Shown here in pieces: positions 53,199-63,143 of a stretch of 64,000 nucleotides of DNA; the first letter of the stretch is position 1; each line of letters opens with the position of its first letter. Both the position numbers and the translations under genes were made by a program. The notes under the pieces were generated by a model, which saw only the letters and a program-made list of their open reading frames with translations, ran no database searches and was not told the DNA's origin. The stretch is from a virus, in IMG/VR virus record IMGVR_UViG_3300046804_000816, positions 1 to 64,000 of that record, one strand, 5' to 3'.

Positions 53199-53813
53199 TT
53201 AGATCCTGTTGCGACTATCCGCATAAATGCGTGACTTGTTAGCGCCCACAAATCTATCAAGCGGTAAGAACAAAGCCATTTCCCATTCAGTGGGCTCTAT
53301 GTAAAAGAATTTGGTTCTGACATTCGAAACCAGATATCTTTTGATACATGGTTTGAAAAAACGATATTTGCTTGCTTGTTGCAAAATGTTATATGAAATA
53401 CGAAGACGCGTCGTTTCGTCAAGTTCTTTAGTTGTAGCCGTTTCATATAAAGCGTCCATCAGTTTTGCTCTGAGTGACAACGGCAAATAATGAAGATTAA
53501 TTCCTAAGAAAGAACCTTGTGCTGGAGCAAAACCTGAAACGCGCGAAGATCCGATTGGAAACACAAGTGGATATCTATCATAGTACGGTAGTTTTTCTTT
53601 GTTCTTTGGATCGTACTGAAACAGATACATACGCCCAATAAGCGGCTTATCAGTTAATCGCGTAGCCTGACTTTTAATCATTCGGCTCGGATTTGCGATA
53701 CTAATGCTTTTAGCCTGCTGACGAAACCAGTTTCTTGATTCGCGCTTGATCGACGGAGATACGCCAGCTATAGAGCCGCGTTGAATCATGCGATCGAAGA
53801 TATATGCAACCAT
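53199..53813 (-). CDS. gp2: DNA end protector protein (gp2)
   Basis: GRMYLF.YDPK.K.KLPYYD.YPL, GINLHYLP and PCIKRYL motifs. Confidence 0.92.
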   Translation of the reverse strand: MVAYIFDRMIQRGSIAGVSPSIKRESRNWFRQQAKSISIANPSRMIKSQATRLTDKPLIGRMYLFQYDPKNKEKLPYYDRYPLVFPIGSSRVSGFAPAQGSFLGINLHYLPLSLRAKLMDALYETATTKELDETTRLRISYNILQQASKYRFFKPCIKRYLVSNVRTKFFYIEPTEWEMALFLPLDRFVGANKSRIYADSRNRI

Positions 53814-54256
53814 TAGATTCCTAGTTCCTTCTCCGTCAGTACGACGAATTGCCAATTACGATCGGCGCAGTATTCTTTAGCTGCGTGCCACTTTGCACTA
53901 TTTATTCCAAAAGTCGCGACCTCACGAAGATACTTCTTAGTATGCTGCCCCTTCGCTCTAGGCGCTGGAGGAACTGATTGTGCTCGAGGTTTGATCTCAA
54001 TCATCTTGACGACGACATTCCCATCCTTGTCGCGCATACGAACTATGAAATCGGGAAAGTATCTATGCCACTTACCGTCTAGCGGAGACTTATATGGAAC
54101 AATGACTTCTTCAGATGCCCATTGTATAATGTTAGGATTAGTGTCAAGATAAGCCATGAATCTAAGCTCCCACGAACTGCGATATACAATGTTCGTCGGA
54201 TCGCCTTTATATTTCTGCGGATTCTTGGGTTGGAATCGTCCTTTGTACGTAGCCAT
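53813..54256 (-). CDS. gp4: head completion nuclease (gp4)
   Basis: YKG.F.P.NP.KY.GD, YRSSWE, HRYFPDF, EIKP and N.AKW.AA motifs. Confidence 0.92.
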   Translation of the reverse strand: MATYKGRFQPKNPQKYKGDPTNIVYRSSWELRFMAYLDTNPNIIQWASEEVIVPYKSPLDGKWHRYFPDFIVRMRDKDGNVVVKMIEIKPRAQSVPPAPRAKGQHTKKYLREVATFGINSAKWHAAKEYCADRNWQFVVLTEKELGI

Positions 54257-54272
54257 GCCTTATATGTAGCGG

Positions 54273-54280
54273 TATAAATA
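54273..54280 (+). promoter_or_regulatory. T4-type late promoter TATAAATA
   Basis: Exact consensus upstream of the baseplate operon. Confidence 0.8.
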
Positions 54281-54303
54281 GCAATCAGCAAAAGGAGTCA
54301 CAA

Positions 54304-55374
54304 ATGGTTCTACCACTGTTAGCTAGTTTAGCCGCGCAAAGAGCAAGTATGAGCACTCTGTCTAGAGTTGCTGGATACGCCGCTCTAGCTGGTGCTGGTG
54401 TTGCGTTCGCCGGGCTTGCTGGTGGTAATCTTGTAGGATCTAATCCATTTAATAATGCTCGTTTAACGTTCCCTGATGATTTAGAAACAAACGATCACTG
54501 GATTTCTTTTGAAGCTGTTCAGACGCAAGGCCAAGCATCAAACATTCTTTCATCTTTTAATCTAGGTAATCTCAGTGGGAAATTTACAACTGGCGGAGGA
54601 ATGGCGTTTCTTCCAATGCCGTCGAATGTTTCGACAGATTACAATCCAGAATATACTTCAAAAGAACTTGGTCCTATGGCAGGACAAGCATTAAAACCTT
54701 TTGATCGCGCGATTTATGGAAACAACGAGCTGAGTCAGGGTGCATTAAATGGCGGATCTTTAACTGGATTGTTTACTAGCACAGCAGCTGGTGCAGGATT
54801 ACAAGCCGCTCAAAAAGCTGTAGGAGCCGCAGGTGGCGGAGACGCATTTGATGCTCTACTAAAAGTATCAGCAGGATTAGCTGTTAATCCCCACAAGATT
54901 CTGTTGTTCACTGGCGTCAATTTCCGTGATCATAGCTTCTCGTGGAAACTATCTCCTAAGAATAGATACGAATCCGACATAATCAATTCTATCATTCAGT
55001 TCTTCACGTTCCACTCACATCCAGAATACATTTCTGGCGGATTGTTCTTTAAGTATCCTGAGTTCTTCAAGATCAAGTTCCACTATCCGCAATATCTATT
55101 TGAGATTCGTCCGTCAGTATGTACAGATATTCGCGTCAATTATCATGGGCAAGGATATCCAGCGTACATTAGAAACGCGGATGGCGGAGGAATTCCTGCT
55201 CCAGCCGAAGTAGAGCTGACACTTTCGTTTAAAGAAACAGAAATTGTTACGAAAGATTCACTGAATCCGCCTAGAATAATAATGCAACCAGCTCAGCGAT
55301 CACCGCAACAGTCTCAATCTAATGGTCCTGTTCAAAATACAACAAATGGTCCTACATTTTCTCCAGGAGCATAA
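54304..55374 (+). CDS. gp48: baseplate tail tube cap (gp48-like)
   Basis: LPMP, NP...LLF.GV.FR.HSF.WKL.PKN..E and L.F.E.E motifs. Confidence 0.78.
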   Translation: MVLPLLASLAAQRASMSTLSRVAGYAALAGAGVAFAGLAGGNLVGSNPFNNARLTFPDDLETNDHWISFEAVQTQGQASNILSSFNLGNLSGKFTTGGGMAFLPMPSNVSTDYNPEYTSKELGPMAGQALKPFDRAIYGNNELSQGALNGGSLTGLFTSTAAGAGLQAAQKAVGAAGGGDAFDALLKVSAGLAVNPHKILLFTGVNFRDHSFSWKLSPKNRYESDIINSIIQFFTFHSHPEYISGGLFFKYPEFFKIKFHYPQYLFEIRPSVCTDIRVNYHGQGYPAYIRNADGGGIPAPAEVELTLSFKETEIVTKDSLNPPRIIMQPAQRSPQQSQSNGPVQNTTNGPTFSPGA

Positions 55375-55968
55375 ATGGCTTTTTTCTTCAGACCATATCC
55401 AACAGTTAGATATCGTGTTCCTAAAACGAACAAGACGGTTGCGGCTACGAACATCACCAAGCGATTCGCTGTTACGAATTTTCTAAACAATTCGAAAGCT
55501 ACATTCGACGAATACTTCGTTCAGGATGGAGAACGTCCAGATATTGTTGCTACTCAGTATTATGGCGATCAAACATTGGACTGGCTTGTTTTGCTCGTAA
55601 ACGAAATTCACGATCCATACTTTCAATGGGCTTTGTCTTACGAGCAGTTCAATAGTTATCTTCGTCAGAAATATGGTAGCGTAGAATACACTCAAAGCAC
55701 GATTCATCATTATGAACAGATAGTTCAGATTGGTAGAAATTTCACTGATAATGGAGTTCAACGTATAGTTCCTGAAAAAACTGTAACGATTGATTACGCT
55801 ACATATGTTTCTCTTACTGCGCCTGAAAGAAAAGCTGTTACAATATTTGAATATGAAAATGAACGAAACGAAAACAACAGACACATTTATTTACTGGATC
55901 TAAACTATACGTTGCTGATCAAAGAGCAGCATCCTTATATTTTCGATGAAGGTGGATACGTTAGATGA
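55375..55968 (+). CDS. gp53: baseplate wedge subunit (gp53-like)
   Basis: DGERPD.VA..YYGD..L.WLVLL.N.I.DP and YE...NE..R.I motifs. Confidence 0.88.
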   Translation: MAFFFRPYPTVRYRVPKTNKTVAATNITKRFAVTNFLNNSKATFDEYFVQDGERPDIVATQYYGDQTLDWLVLLVNEIHDPYFQWALSYEQFNSYLRQKYGSVEYTQSTIHHYEQIVQIGRNFTDNGVQRIVPEKTVTIDYATYVSLTAPERKAVTIFEYENERNENNRHIYLLDLNYTLLIKEQHPYIFDEGGYVR

Positions 55969-57224
55969 GTAATGTTGGTACAGGTAATCTTACCCAATGC
56001 ACGATAGCAGGGCAAGATGTGCGATCGTTAGTGAATATGCTAGATTATTTCGAAAGCATATATTCGCCTGCAGCTTCATGCAATATCACGTTAAACGACG
56101 CGAGCGGTTTTCATAATAAAGCTCAGCTCAAAGGTGGAACCGAAGAAGTATCTATTGCGTTTGGTGGACGCGAAGGTGGTTCTATTCGCATGAACTTTAA
56201 GGTTGGTAAAGTTGGCGACAGAATGCGCGCCAAAGAAAACCAAGACATGTATATTATTACATGCGTTCCGCAAGAGTTCATTGAAAACAATCAGAAAGAG
56301 ATAGTCAAGGCATACAAGGACAAGAAATTGTCTGACATGACTAAAGACTGGCATGAAGAATATACAAAAGAAACTAACACGCTAAAGAAAGATCTCGTTA
56401 CAAACGAGGAAAGTGAAGACAAACAAAACTACTTCGGAACGGGACGCAGTCCAACAACGGCTATTCGTTGGGCTGCAAAAGAAGCTAAGTCAAAAGACGC
56501 TAAAGCATCAAACTACGTTTACTATCAGGATCGAGACGGATATCACTTCCGCACGATCGACAAGATGCTTTCTGAAGGTGTAAAGTACACTCTTAGCTAT
56601 TCGCATCAGAACATTGGTAGTCAGGGTGGAGAAGCTGCAAGAAAGATTATAGCGTATGATCAGAAGAGCGACTTCGATAGTATGGATTCAAGTTACAATG
56701 GCGCAGATTCTGATCATTGGTACTACTTTGATCCATCTGTAGGTAAAGTAGACGCAGTCAAAGAAGGCAAACGCGACGGAGCCGGCGACACATCACACAC
56801 AGGTTCTGCACAGCTGACTTCAAAACAAAAGAGTGCGCGCGGCGAACGATTCAACTTTATCGTAGCGCCTGGACAAGGACAAAGTAAGTTTAGAGATTCG
56901 CGTGATAAGAAGATCAGCGAAAATAAAAGAAGCTTACCAGAGCACGGCGCAAAATCATCAGCTGCAATTCAGCTAGATAATTTAATAATCAATGTTCGTG
57001 TTCCTGGCGACACAAACTATAAACCCGGCATCAAAGTGAGACTAGATATTCCTGCGAACCAAGAAAGCAGTGAGCTTGATCCGCGTTCTGGTACGTTTCT
57101 AGTTACATCTGTTAGACATATCACATATAGAGATGAGAACGATTTAAAATATGAGTGCTTATTAGAATGTAAGAGTGATTCGCAAAACAAATCATCATCA
57201 GGTAATTCTGGAGTTACGAAGTAA
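55965..57224 (+). CDS. baseplate hub protein (gp27-like)
   Basis: FESIYSP, YVYYQDRDGYHFRTI and VPGD...G...SG.FLVT.VRH; located before gp5. Confidence 0.65.
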   Translation: MSNVGTGNLTQCTIAGQDVRSLVNMLDYFESIYSPAASCNITLNDASGFHNKAQLKGGTEEVSIAFGGREGGSIRMNFKVGKVGDRMRAKENQDMYIITCVPQEFIENNQKEIVKAYKDKKLSDMTKDWHEEYTKETNTLKKDLVTNEESEDKQNYFGTGRSPTTAIRWAAKEAKSKDAKASNYVYYQDRDGYHFRTIDKMLSEGVKYTLSYSHQNIGSQGGEAARKIIAYDQKSDFDSMDSSYNGADSDHWYYFDPSVGKVDAVKEGKRDGAGDTSHTGSAQLTSKQKSARGERFNFIVAPGQGQSKFRDSRDKKISENKRSLPEHGAKSSAAIQLDNLIINVRVPGDTNYKPGIKVRLDIPANQESSELDPRSGTFLVTSVRHITYRDENDLKYECLLECKSDSQNKSSSGNSGVTK

Positions 57225-57613
57225 TGGCTGAGCCCGGTACAGTAATGGGACAGGATGGACTCAAGTGGTGGGTCGGTACTGTTGAAGATAGAGGTTCTGG
57301 TCAGTATTCTGGCGAAAAGGATAATCTGAAACTCGGAAGAGTGAAAGTCAGAATACATGGTCAGCACACGGAAGACAAAGGACAACTTCCTACGAAAGAT
57401 CTTCCGTGGTGTTATGTAATGAATTCAACTTCTTCTGCATCTATCAGTGGTGTAGGTAGAAGTCCTACAGGAATTGTTGAAGGTACAAAAGTGTTTGGAT
57501 TCTTTATGGATGGAGATGGCGGACAATATCCAATAATCTTTGGAACGCTGCCGCACATTCAACAGAAGGGTGGATCTGGTCCTAACTCTCCAGGATCTGG
57601 AGGAGCTTCGTAA
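57224..57613 (+). CDS. gp5 N-terminal OB-fold as a stand-alone protein
   Basis: WWVGTVEDR...LGRVKVRI.G.H...LPW...GFFMDG..Q.P.I.G. Confidence 0.85.
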   Translation: MAEPGTVMGQDGLKWWVGTVEDRGSGQYSGEKDNLKLGRVKVRIHGQHTEDKGQLPTKDLPWCYVMNSTSSASISGVGRSPTGIVEGTKVFGFFMDGDGGQYPIIFGTLPHIQQKGGSGPNSPGSGGAS

Positions 57614-58380
57614 TGGCTTCAATTACTGTAAAACCTCTTGCGACTATGAACGCTTCGCCTACAATAACAGGCACAGTTTCATTTCAGCGATTTGATTCTA
57701 ATAGAGATCCAAAAGAAACGATTGAGATAATTGTAAACTATAAATCTTACAAATTATTTCAGCAAGTTGGTTTAGATGAAACTGTTACGCCTAACATATG
57801 GAAATTGCAATTTGATGAGTATCTGTATCCAGGAACGTATGAAATTGATGCGCGAGTAATTGACGTTAATACAAAAACTGTTCTTGCGTCGGATACTACG
57901 AACAATGAATTAACGATTCTTCCTCCTCCGGTCAATCAACCTAAAATGACTTTGCTACAGAAAGTAGCATTGGTCAGTCTGCTGATGAGCAGCGTAAGTA
58001 AAATGTTTGGTGGACAGAACGGCATAGGCGGAAATCCTGCAGTTCATCCTACTATTGGCGACGATGCGTCTACGTCTCTTGCTGGTCGCTCGGATCAGGA
58101 ACGTCCGCAAGATCCTCGCGCGAAAAGTAATGTGGACAGAGCAAAATCAAATAAGAACCCAATTCCACCAAAATGTCCGATGACTGTAACTGCTGGCGAT
58201 AATACTTTGTCTGGTGAAGACAGCCCTGATTTTGAACCAGGCAATTTTGATCAGTTCAAAGAACAGATGGGAGATACGTTGTCTAGAGCTAACGAAGCTG
58301 TAAGAGACGCACCAGATGAAGCAGCTGCAATGAACAGTCAGCAGTACAGCACATCAACACCGACTACGGTGCTAGGATAA
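57613..58380 (+). CDS. hypothetical baseplate-associated protein with Ig-like N-terminus
   Basis: SPTITGTV...PGTYEIDARV..DTT.NELTI; coupled ORF. Confidence 0.55.
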   Translation: MASITVKPLATMNASPTITGTVSFQRFDSNRDPKETIEIIVNYKSYKLFQQVGLDETVTPNIWKLQFDEYLYPGTYEIDARVIDVNTKTVLASDTTNNELTILPPPVNQPKMTLLQKVALVSLLMSSVSKMFGGQNGIGGNPAVHPTIGDDASTSLAGRSDQERPQDPRAKSNVDRAKSNKNPIPPKCPMTVTAGDNTLSGEDSPDFEPGNFDQFKEQMGDTLSRANEAVRDAPDEAAAMNSQQYSTSTPTTVLG

Positions 58381-58389
58381 GGAATAGTT

Positions 58390-59103
58390 ATGGCAACTCA
58401 TAATGAACAAAAACCAGGTGGCGATAAATCAAAATATCTAGGCAATCATGTGTACACTACAGAAGCTGGACACATGATTGAAATAGATAATAGTCCTGGC
58501 GATCGTAGAATTCATATCTATCATGCAAGTGGTACATTCATTGAAATAAAAGATGATGGCGCTAGAGTTTCAAAGATTGTACAAAAAGATCAAGAGTATA
58601 ATGAAAACGGTAAAGATCAAAAGATCACGGGCAATTTTAATCTAACGATAGACGGCGATGTTATTACACACGTTACCGGTAATATGAAGACAGAAGTTAA
58701 GGGCGACTACGAGCTCGTTGTTCATGGCGATTATAGAATCAAGTCTGCAGGAAATCATTTCCAGGAAACAGGTGGCGACGAGCGCGTTCAAGTGAACGGC
58801 AAGACTTCCCATCGTACGTCAGGCGATCGCGAACATATTACGGGTGGTAGCAGTGTAGAAAGTATTGGCGCAGATCGTACCGTTACAACGACAGGAAACT
58901 CTGTAAAGATGACGGGTGGCAACGGACTCACTAGCACTGGCGGCGAACAATCTATTATCGCAGGTGGATCTATGGGTGTAGGCGCTGCACGATTAGGAAT
59001 TGCTTCTGTTACAGCAACAGCCATCAGAGCTGGCAGCACGATTAATATGGAAGCGAGTTCAACGAATACAATCAAGGGCAGCACCATTCAGCTGAATCCA
59101 TAA
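58390..59103 (+). CDS. gp5 C-terminal beta-helix spike
   Basis: Y..NHV..TEAGH.IEID.SPG..RIH.YH.SGTF.EI; 8-residue V.G repeats; ends I.LN. Confidence 0.85.
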   Translation: MATHNEQKPGGDKSKYLGNHVYTTEAGHMIEIDNSPGDRRIHIYHASGTFIEIKDDGARVSKIVQKDQEYNENGKDQKITGNFNLTIDGDVITHVTGNMKTEVKGDYELVVHGDYRIKSAGNHFQETGGDERVQVNGKTSHRTSGDREHITGGSSVESIGADRTVTTTGNSVKMTGGNGLTSTGGEQSIIAGGSMGVGAARLGIASVTATAIRAGSTINMEASSTNTIKGSTIQLNP

Positions 59104-59387
59104 TGGGAAACTCAATACATAGACAAGATGACTCGCGTTCGTGCGGTGCAACAACGAACGTTATAGGACAATCAACAGTTTATGCTGGCGGAAAATTAGT
59201 AGCTGTTAATGGCGATCCTAATACGCATGGAGACGGACAATTGATTGCCGCAACCAATAATGTTTATGCTGGAGGTATTATGGTTGTGAATGTTGGCGAT
59301 AATGCGCAAGCAGACAATGCAGATCACTCTAATCCATCAGCGTCTTCTGGATTAGATTCTGTACAAGTAGGCGACCCTGTAATATAG
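59103..59387 (+). CDS. PAAR-type spike tip protein (gp5.4-like)
   Basis: HRQDD.RSCGA, V.AGG...GD repeats and HSNP. Confidence 0.8.
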   Translation: MGNSIHRQDDSRSCGATTNVIGQSTVYAGGKLVAVNGDPNTHGDGQLIAATNNVYAGGIMVVNVGDNAQADNADHSNPSASSGLDSVQVGDPVI

Positions 59388-59394
59388 GTGACAA

Positions 59395-60744
59395 ATGGAT
59401 CAACTCACAATTGACTTCAAAATCAAAACATTATATCCTAATCCTAGAAAAGGACAACTGTATATTGTTGACTGCGTTCCTAAAATGTACGCAGGAACAG
59501 ATAGCATGTTTGATCTATTTGATGATATGTCGCGTAAATTTCCTACGTTGATTAATTATCAATATATGAACGGTTATATGAACAATCCGTTCGGATATGT
59601 TCCGCCAATTTATAAATTAGATCCTAAGTTCGCTGCTACACTCGTTGCGCTCAACGTTGCTGGACAAATTGGTAAGATCACCGGATTGGCTAATGGATTC
59701 CTTCCTCCAGGATTAGACGGACCAGTACAAGCAATCAAAGGTGTTATATCTAATTTCACAAATCAGATTCCTGGTCTTTCTGCAGCAGCCGGCGCAGCAG
59801 CAGATATCGCAAACAATATTGCAAAAATCACTCAGATCAATACGTTAGTTAAGTTATCTCTTGGTGGACCAGCAGGATTAGTGTTCAAAGCGATTACTTC
59901 TAACTTTGGTTTGCCCGCAATCAGCATTTCAATTCCAGGAGTTAATCTCCAAGTAGAAGTTGCTAAATTAGCAGCTGCTGCTTCTAATCCAATTGCGTTT
60001 GCGGCTCAAGCAGCCTTGATATCTAGAACATTCCCGATGATTAATACAAATATGCTGATCGCAAAAATGTTGGGAGTTGCAGGAACAGCTGGACGTGATC
60101 CTTGTACGGGTCTTCCGATTGGAAAACCGTTTAATATTAAGTCAATGGTACCAAATCTAGCGTTCGCAGCTGGTGCTATGGCGCTTAAAGCTCTTCCGGG
60201 TATTACTCCTACTGGTGATGCGCTGAAACCACAGAAAACAGCAAATCCACCAAAGCCCGTTAAACCAATCGAGATGAAAAATCTGTTTGCGGAAGCGGCT
60301 GCTGCATCATCATTGTCAACTCTAACACAACCACTTTCTCAGTTCATGGGAATGATGGCTACTATTGCTCCACAGACTGCTCTTGTCAAACCAAGTCCTG
60401 TAACAACTGCTCTCGGTACACAGAAACTAGTCGGAACATCAAATACAGCGAACTGGGGTTCTGGTGGCTATGGGCGTGATAATTCAACAGCAGAACTGGA
60501 AAGAAAGCGTCTAGAGCTTACTGCTAAGATTGAAAAGCATACTGCAGAACTTGAAGCAATGGTAGATTATAGTAAGCTCACTTCGATGAGTTATCCAGAA
60601 CTAATTAAGAAATATCCAAGAATAACGCCTACAATGAGCGTAGCAGAAGCATTGCATATTATTGAAGAAACTGATGCAAAAGCTAAAGCAGCAGCTAATA
60701 CTGCACCTAAAACATCTAATACAACGAGTACTACAACCGCCTGA
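59395..60744 (+). CDS. hypothetical virion protein
   Basis: Ala-rich ORF in the baseplate operon. Confidence 0.6.
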   Translation: MDQLTIDFKIKTLYPNPRKGQLYIVDCVPKMYAGTDSMFDLFDDMSRKFPTLINYQYMNGYMNNPFGYVPPIYKLDPKFAATLVALNVAGQIGKITGLANGFLPPGLDGPVQAIKGVISNFTNQIPGLSAAAGAAADIANNIAKITQINTLVKLSLGGPAGLVFKAITSNFGLPAISISIPGVNLQVEVAKLAAAASNPIAFAAQAALISRTFPMINTNMLIAKMLGVAGTAGRDPCTGLPIGKPFNIKSMVPNLAFAAGAMALKALPGITPTGDALKPQKTANPPKPVKPIEMKNLFAEAAAASSLSTLTQPLSQFMGMMATIAPQTALVKPSPVTTALGTQKLVGTSNTANWGSGGYGRDNSTAELERKRLELTAKIEKHTAELEAMVDYSKLTSMSYPELIKKYPRITPTMSVAEALHIIEETDAKAKAAANTAPKTSNTTSTTTA

Positions 60745-60754
60745 ACACATTCAT

Positions 60755-60783
60755 ATTATAAAACGATTTTGCGAAGTTGTCAA
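60755..60783 (-). promoter_or_regulatory. consensus sigma70 promoter, antisense to the baseplate operon
   Basis: Minus strand reads GCCCTTGACA-N17-TATAAT. Confidence 0.7.
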
Positions 60784-60795
60784 GGGCTTTTTTGT

Positions 60796-60803
60796 AATAA
60801 ATA
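60796..60803 (+). promoter_or_regulatory. late promoter variant AATAAATA
   Basis: Upstream of gp25. Confidence 0.55.
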
Positions 60804-60819
60804 GGAAAAAGGAATACCT

Positions 60820-61251
60820 ATGAAAAAAAGAGTTCTGCCTTCTTCGCTGAAAAAGCTAGTTTATAAAGATTTCGATCTTTCGTTCAAGCGTCATCCAGTC
60901 ACTGGAAAACTCTTGATTAAGAAAGATGACGAAGCTGTAAAACAAGCTGTAAAGAACGTAGTTCTAACAAATAAGTATGAACGTCCGTTCCACCCAGAGT
61001 TTGGCGGAAACGTAAGAAACAGTCTTTTTGAAACGTTCACGAGCTTTTCGCAAGCTGAACTTTCCGAAAGAATTGCTAGATCTATTGAGAACTACGAGTC
61101 CAGGGTGCAGCTAGTCGCAGATGCGACTTATGGTCCTGTAACTGTACAAGAGTATCCTGATCAGAATGGTATGGCGGTCACGATTCGTTTTCGTAACGTG
61201 GCTACATTGAACGAAGTCACACTAGACATTAATCTTAATAAGGTTCGATAA
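60820..61251 (+). CDS. gp25: baseplate wedge subunit (gp25)
   Basis: YKDFDLSF..HP.T, AVKQAVKN.VLT...ERPF.P.FG and YE.RV motifs. Confidence 0.92.
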   Translation: MKKRVLPSSLKKLVYKDFDLSFKRHPVTGKLLIKKDDEAVKQAVKNVVLTNKYERPFHPEFGGNVRNSLFETFTSFSQAELSERIARSIENYESRVQLVADATYGPVTVQEYPDQNGMAVTIRFRNVATLNEVTLDINLNKVR

Positions 61252-63143
61252 TGGCCGCTAATACAGATCTCATAGTTACAGGACTAGACTTTGATACGAT
61301 TAGATTGAATCTAAGAACGTATATCGCGTCTAAGCCTGAATTTACAGATTACGATTTCAACGATTCAGCACTCGGAACGTTGCTTGATCTTCTTGCATAC
61401 AACACATATTATCAAGCCTTCTATGCAAATATGGCTGCCAATGAAGGATTCCTAGATACAGCTCAATTGTATGATAGTGTTGTTTCAAAGGCCAAAGCAC
61501 TAGGATATACTCCCACGAGCGCGCGAGGAGCGAGCGCGAATGTTCAGCTGATCTTTACTAATTCTTTTGCTAACAACACATTCCGTTCTATTCGCGTAGC
61601 TAAAGACACAAGATTTACATCAACTGTAAATGGTGTTTCATATACTTTCGTTACGCCACAAACATATACTATTGCAGCCAACTCCACTGGAGGATTTGCT
61701 GATTTTGTAAAGATCACCGAAGGCATTCCTCTTACACATAGATTTATCTACAACAGAGGTTCAAATACTTCGTTCGTACTGCCTAATGATAACGTAGATA
61801 CTTCCAGCATTACTGTTACGGTTACAGCCAGCGGAAACACGCAAACATATATTCGTGGCGATAACATTCTCACAACAAACTCTTCTTCTCAGATATACTT
61901 TATTGATGCAGATAAAGAGCAACGATATAAGGTATACTTTGGCGATGGAGTTATTGGTAAACAACCAGCGACTTCTAGCATTGTAGCAATTTCATATCGT
62001 GTATGTAACGGCAATGCACCAAATGGTGCTAACTCGTACACGCTCGTAGGATCTACGATTGATGGACAATCTGGAATTACGATCGTTCCCATCGGTCGTG
62101 CTTCTGGTGGCGCAGAAATAGAAAACATTGATTCTGTTCGCTTCAATGCGCCACTATCATACGAAACGCAAAATCGTTGCGTTACGATTGCCGACTACGA
62201 GCGCATTCTTCTTAGAGAAAATCCAGACATTCAAGCTGTTAGCGTTTGGGGTGGAGAAGATAACGTTCCACCAATTTATGGCAAAGTTTTCATCAGCGCC
62301 AAACCTAAGACTGGAACGCTGTTCTCAACAACGCGCAAAAACGATATTAGAAAGTCGATCGTAAAGTACAACGTACAATCAATCGACACAGAAGTCGTAG
62401 ATCCAACATATCTCTATATCATTCCAGAGATTGATGTTCGTTACTATCCAACACAAACATCGAGAACTCCTGGCGAGATCGCTGACGCTGTTGCTTCAAA
62501 AGTAATTCAGTTTGAAGCAGCTTATCTATCAAGATTTGGTCAGAAGTTTAGATACTCGCGTTTCCTTGACTATCTAGATTCTGCAGACGATGCTATCGTT
62601 TCTACGAATGCTACTATTCGTCTTAGAAAAACATTTATCCCTTCGTTGCTGAATATTAACACATATACATTAAAGTTTAATCATACGTTGCAGCGTTTAG
62701 GCACAAAAGAACTTATTGGCGGCGTATCACAGCATCCAGGATATGGTTCTATCACTTCTTCTCAGTTCGTTTACTCAGACTTTAATTCGTTCTTTGATGA
62801 CAACGGATTTGGTACGCTCAGAATCTACTATCCATCTGGAACCGGACGTCTTGGTCGAGTTTACACAAACTATTCGGCTGGAACTATAGACTATGAAACT
62901 GGAACAGTAACGATTAGCGACTTCGTTCCTACTTCATTTGTTGGCGAAGAAATGTCTATCGTAGCTGCTCCTATTAATCCTAACATTATGCCTTTAAGAA
63001 ATCAGATTCTATTGATGTCGCAGTCAGTAGTTAACGTGATCGACGATAATACAAATAGAACTGTTGCTACAGCATCTAATATCGAAACGATTGGTCAGAC
63101 TGCAACGCTTCTGACACCTACCGGAAGGTTGTATAACTTCTAA
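61251..63143 (+). CDS. gp6: baseplate wedge subunit (gp6)
   Basis: LDFD.I..NL, DY.F.DS.L..LLDLLAYNT, QNRCVT..DY and WGGEDN.PP.YGKV motifs. Confidence 0.93.
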   Translation: MAANTDLIVTGLDFDTIRLNLRTYIASKPEFTDYDFNDSALGTLLDLLAYNTYYQAFYANMAANEGFLDTAQLYDSVVSKAKALGYTPTSARGASANVQLIFTNSFANNTFRSIRVAKDTRFTSTVNGVSYTFVTPQTYTIAANSTGGFADFVKITEGIPLTHRFIYNRGSNTSFVLPNDNVDTSSITVTVTASGNTQTYIRGDNILTTNSSSQIYFIDADKEQRYKVYFGDGVIGKQPATSSIVAISYRVCNGNAPNGANSYTLVGSTIDGQSGITIVPIGRASGGAEIENIDSVRFNAPLSYETQNRCVTIADYERILLRENPDIQAVSVWGGEDNVPPIYGKVFISAKPKTGTLFSTTRKNDIRKSIVKYNVQSIDTEVVDPTYLYIIPEIDVRYYPTQTSRTPGEIADAVASKVIQFEAAYLSRFGQKFRYSRFLDYLDSADDAIVSTNATIRLRKTFIPSLLNINTYTLKFNHTLQRLGTKELIGGVSQHPGYGSITSSQFVYSDFNSFFDDNGFGTLRIYYPSGTGRLGRVYTNYSAGTIDYETGTVTISDFVPTSFVGEEMSIVAAPINPNIMPLRNQILLMSQSVVNVIDDNTNRTVATASNIETIGQTATLLTPTGRLYNF

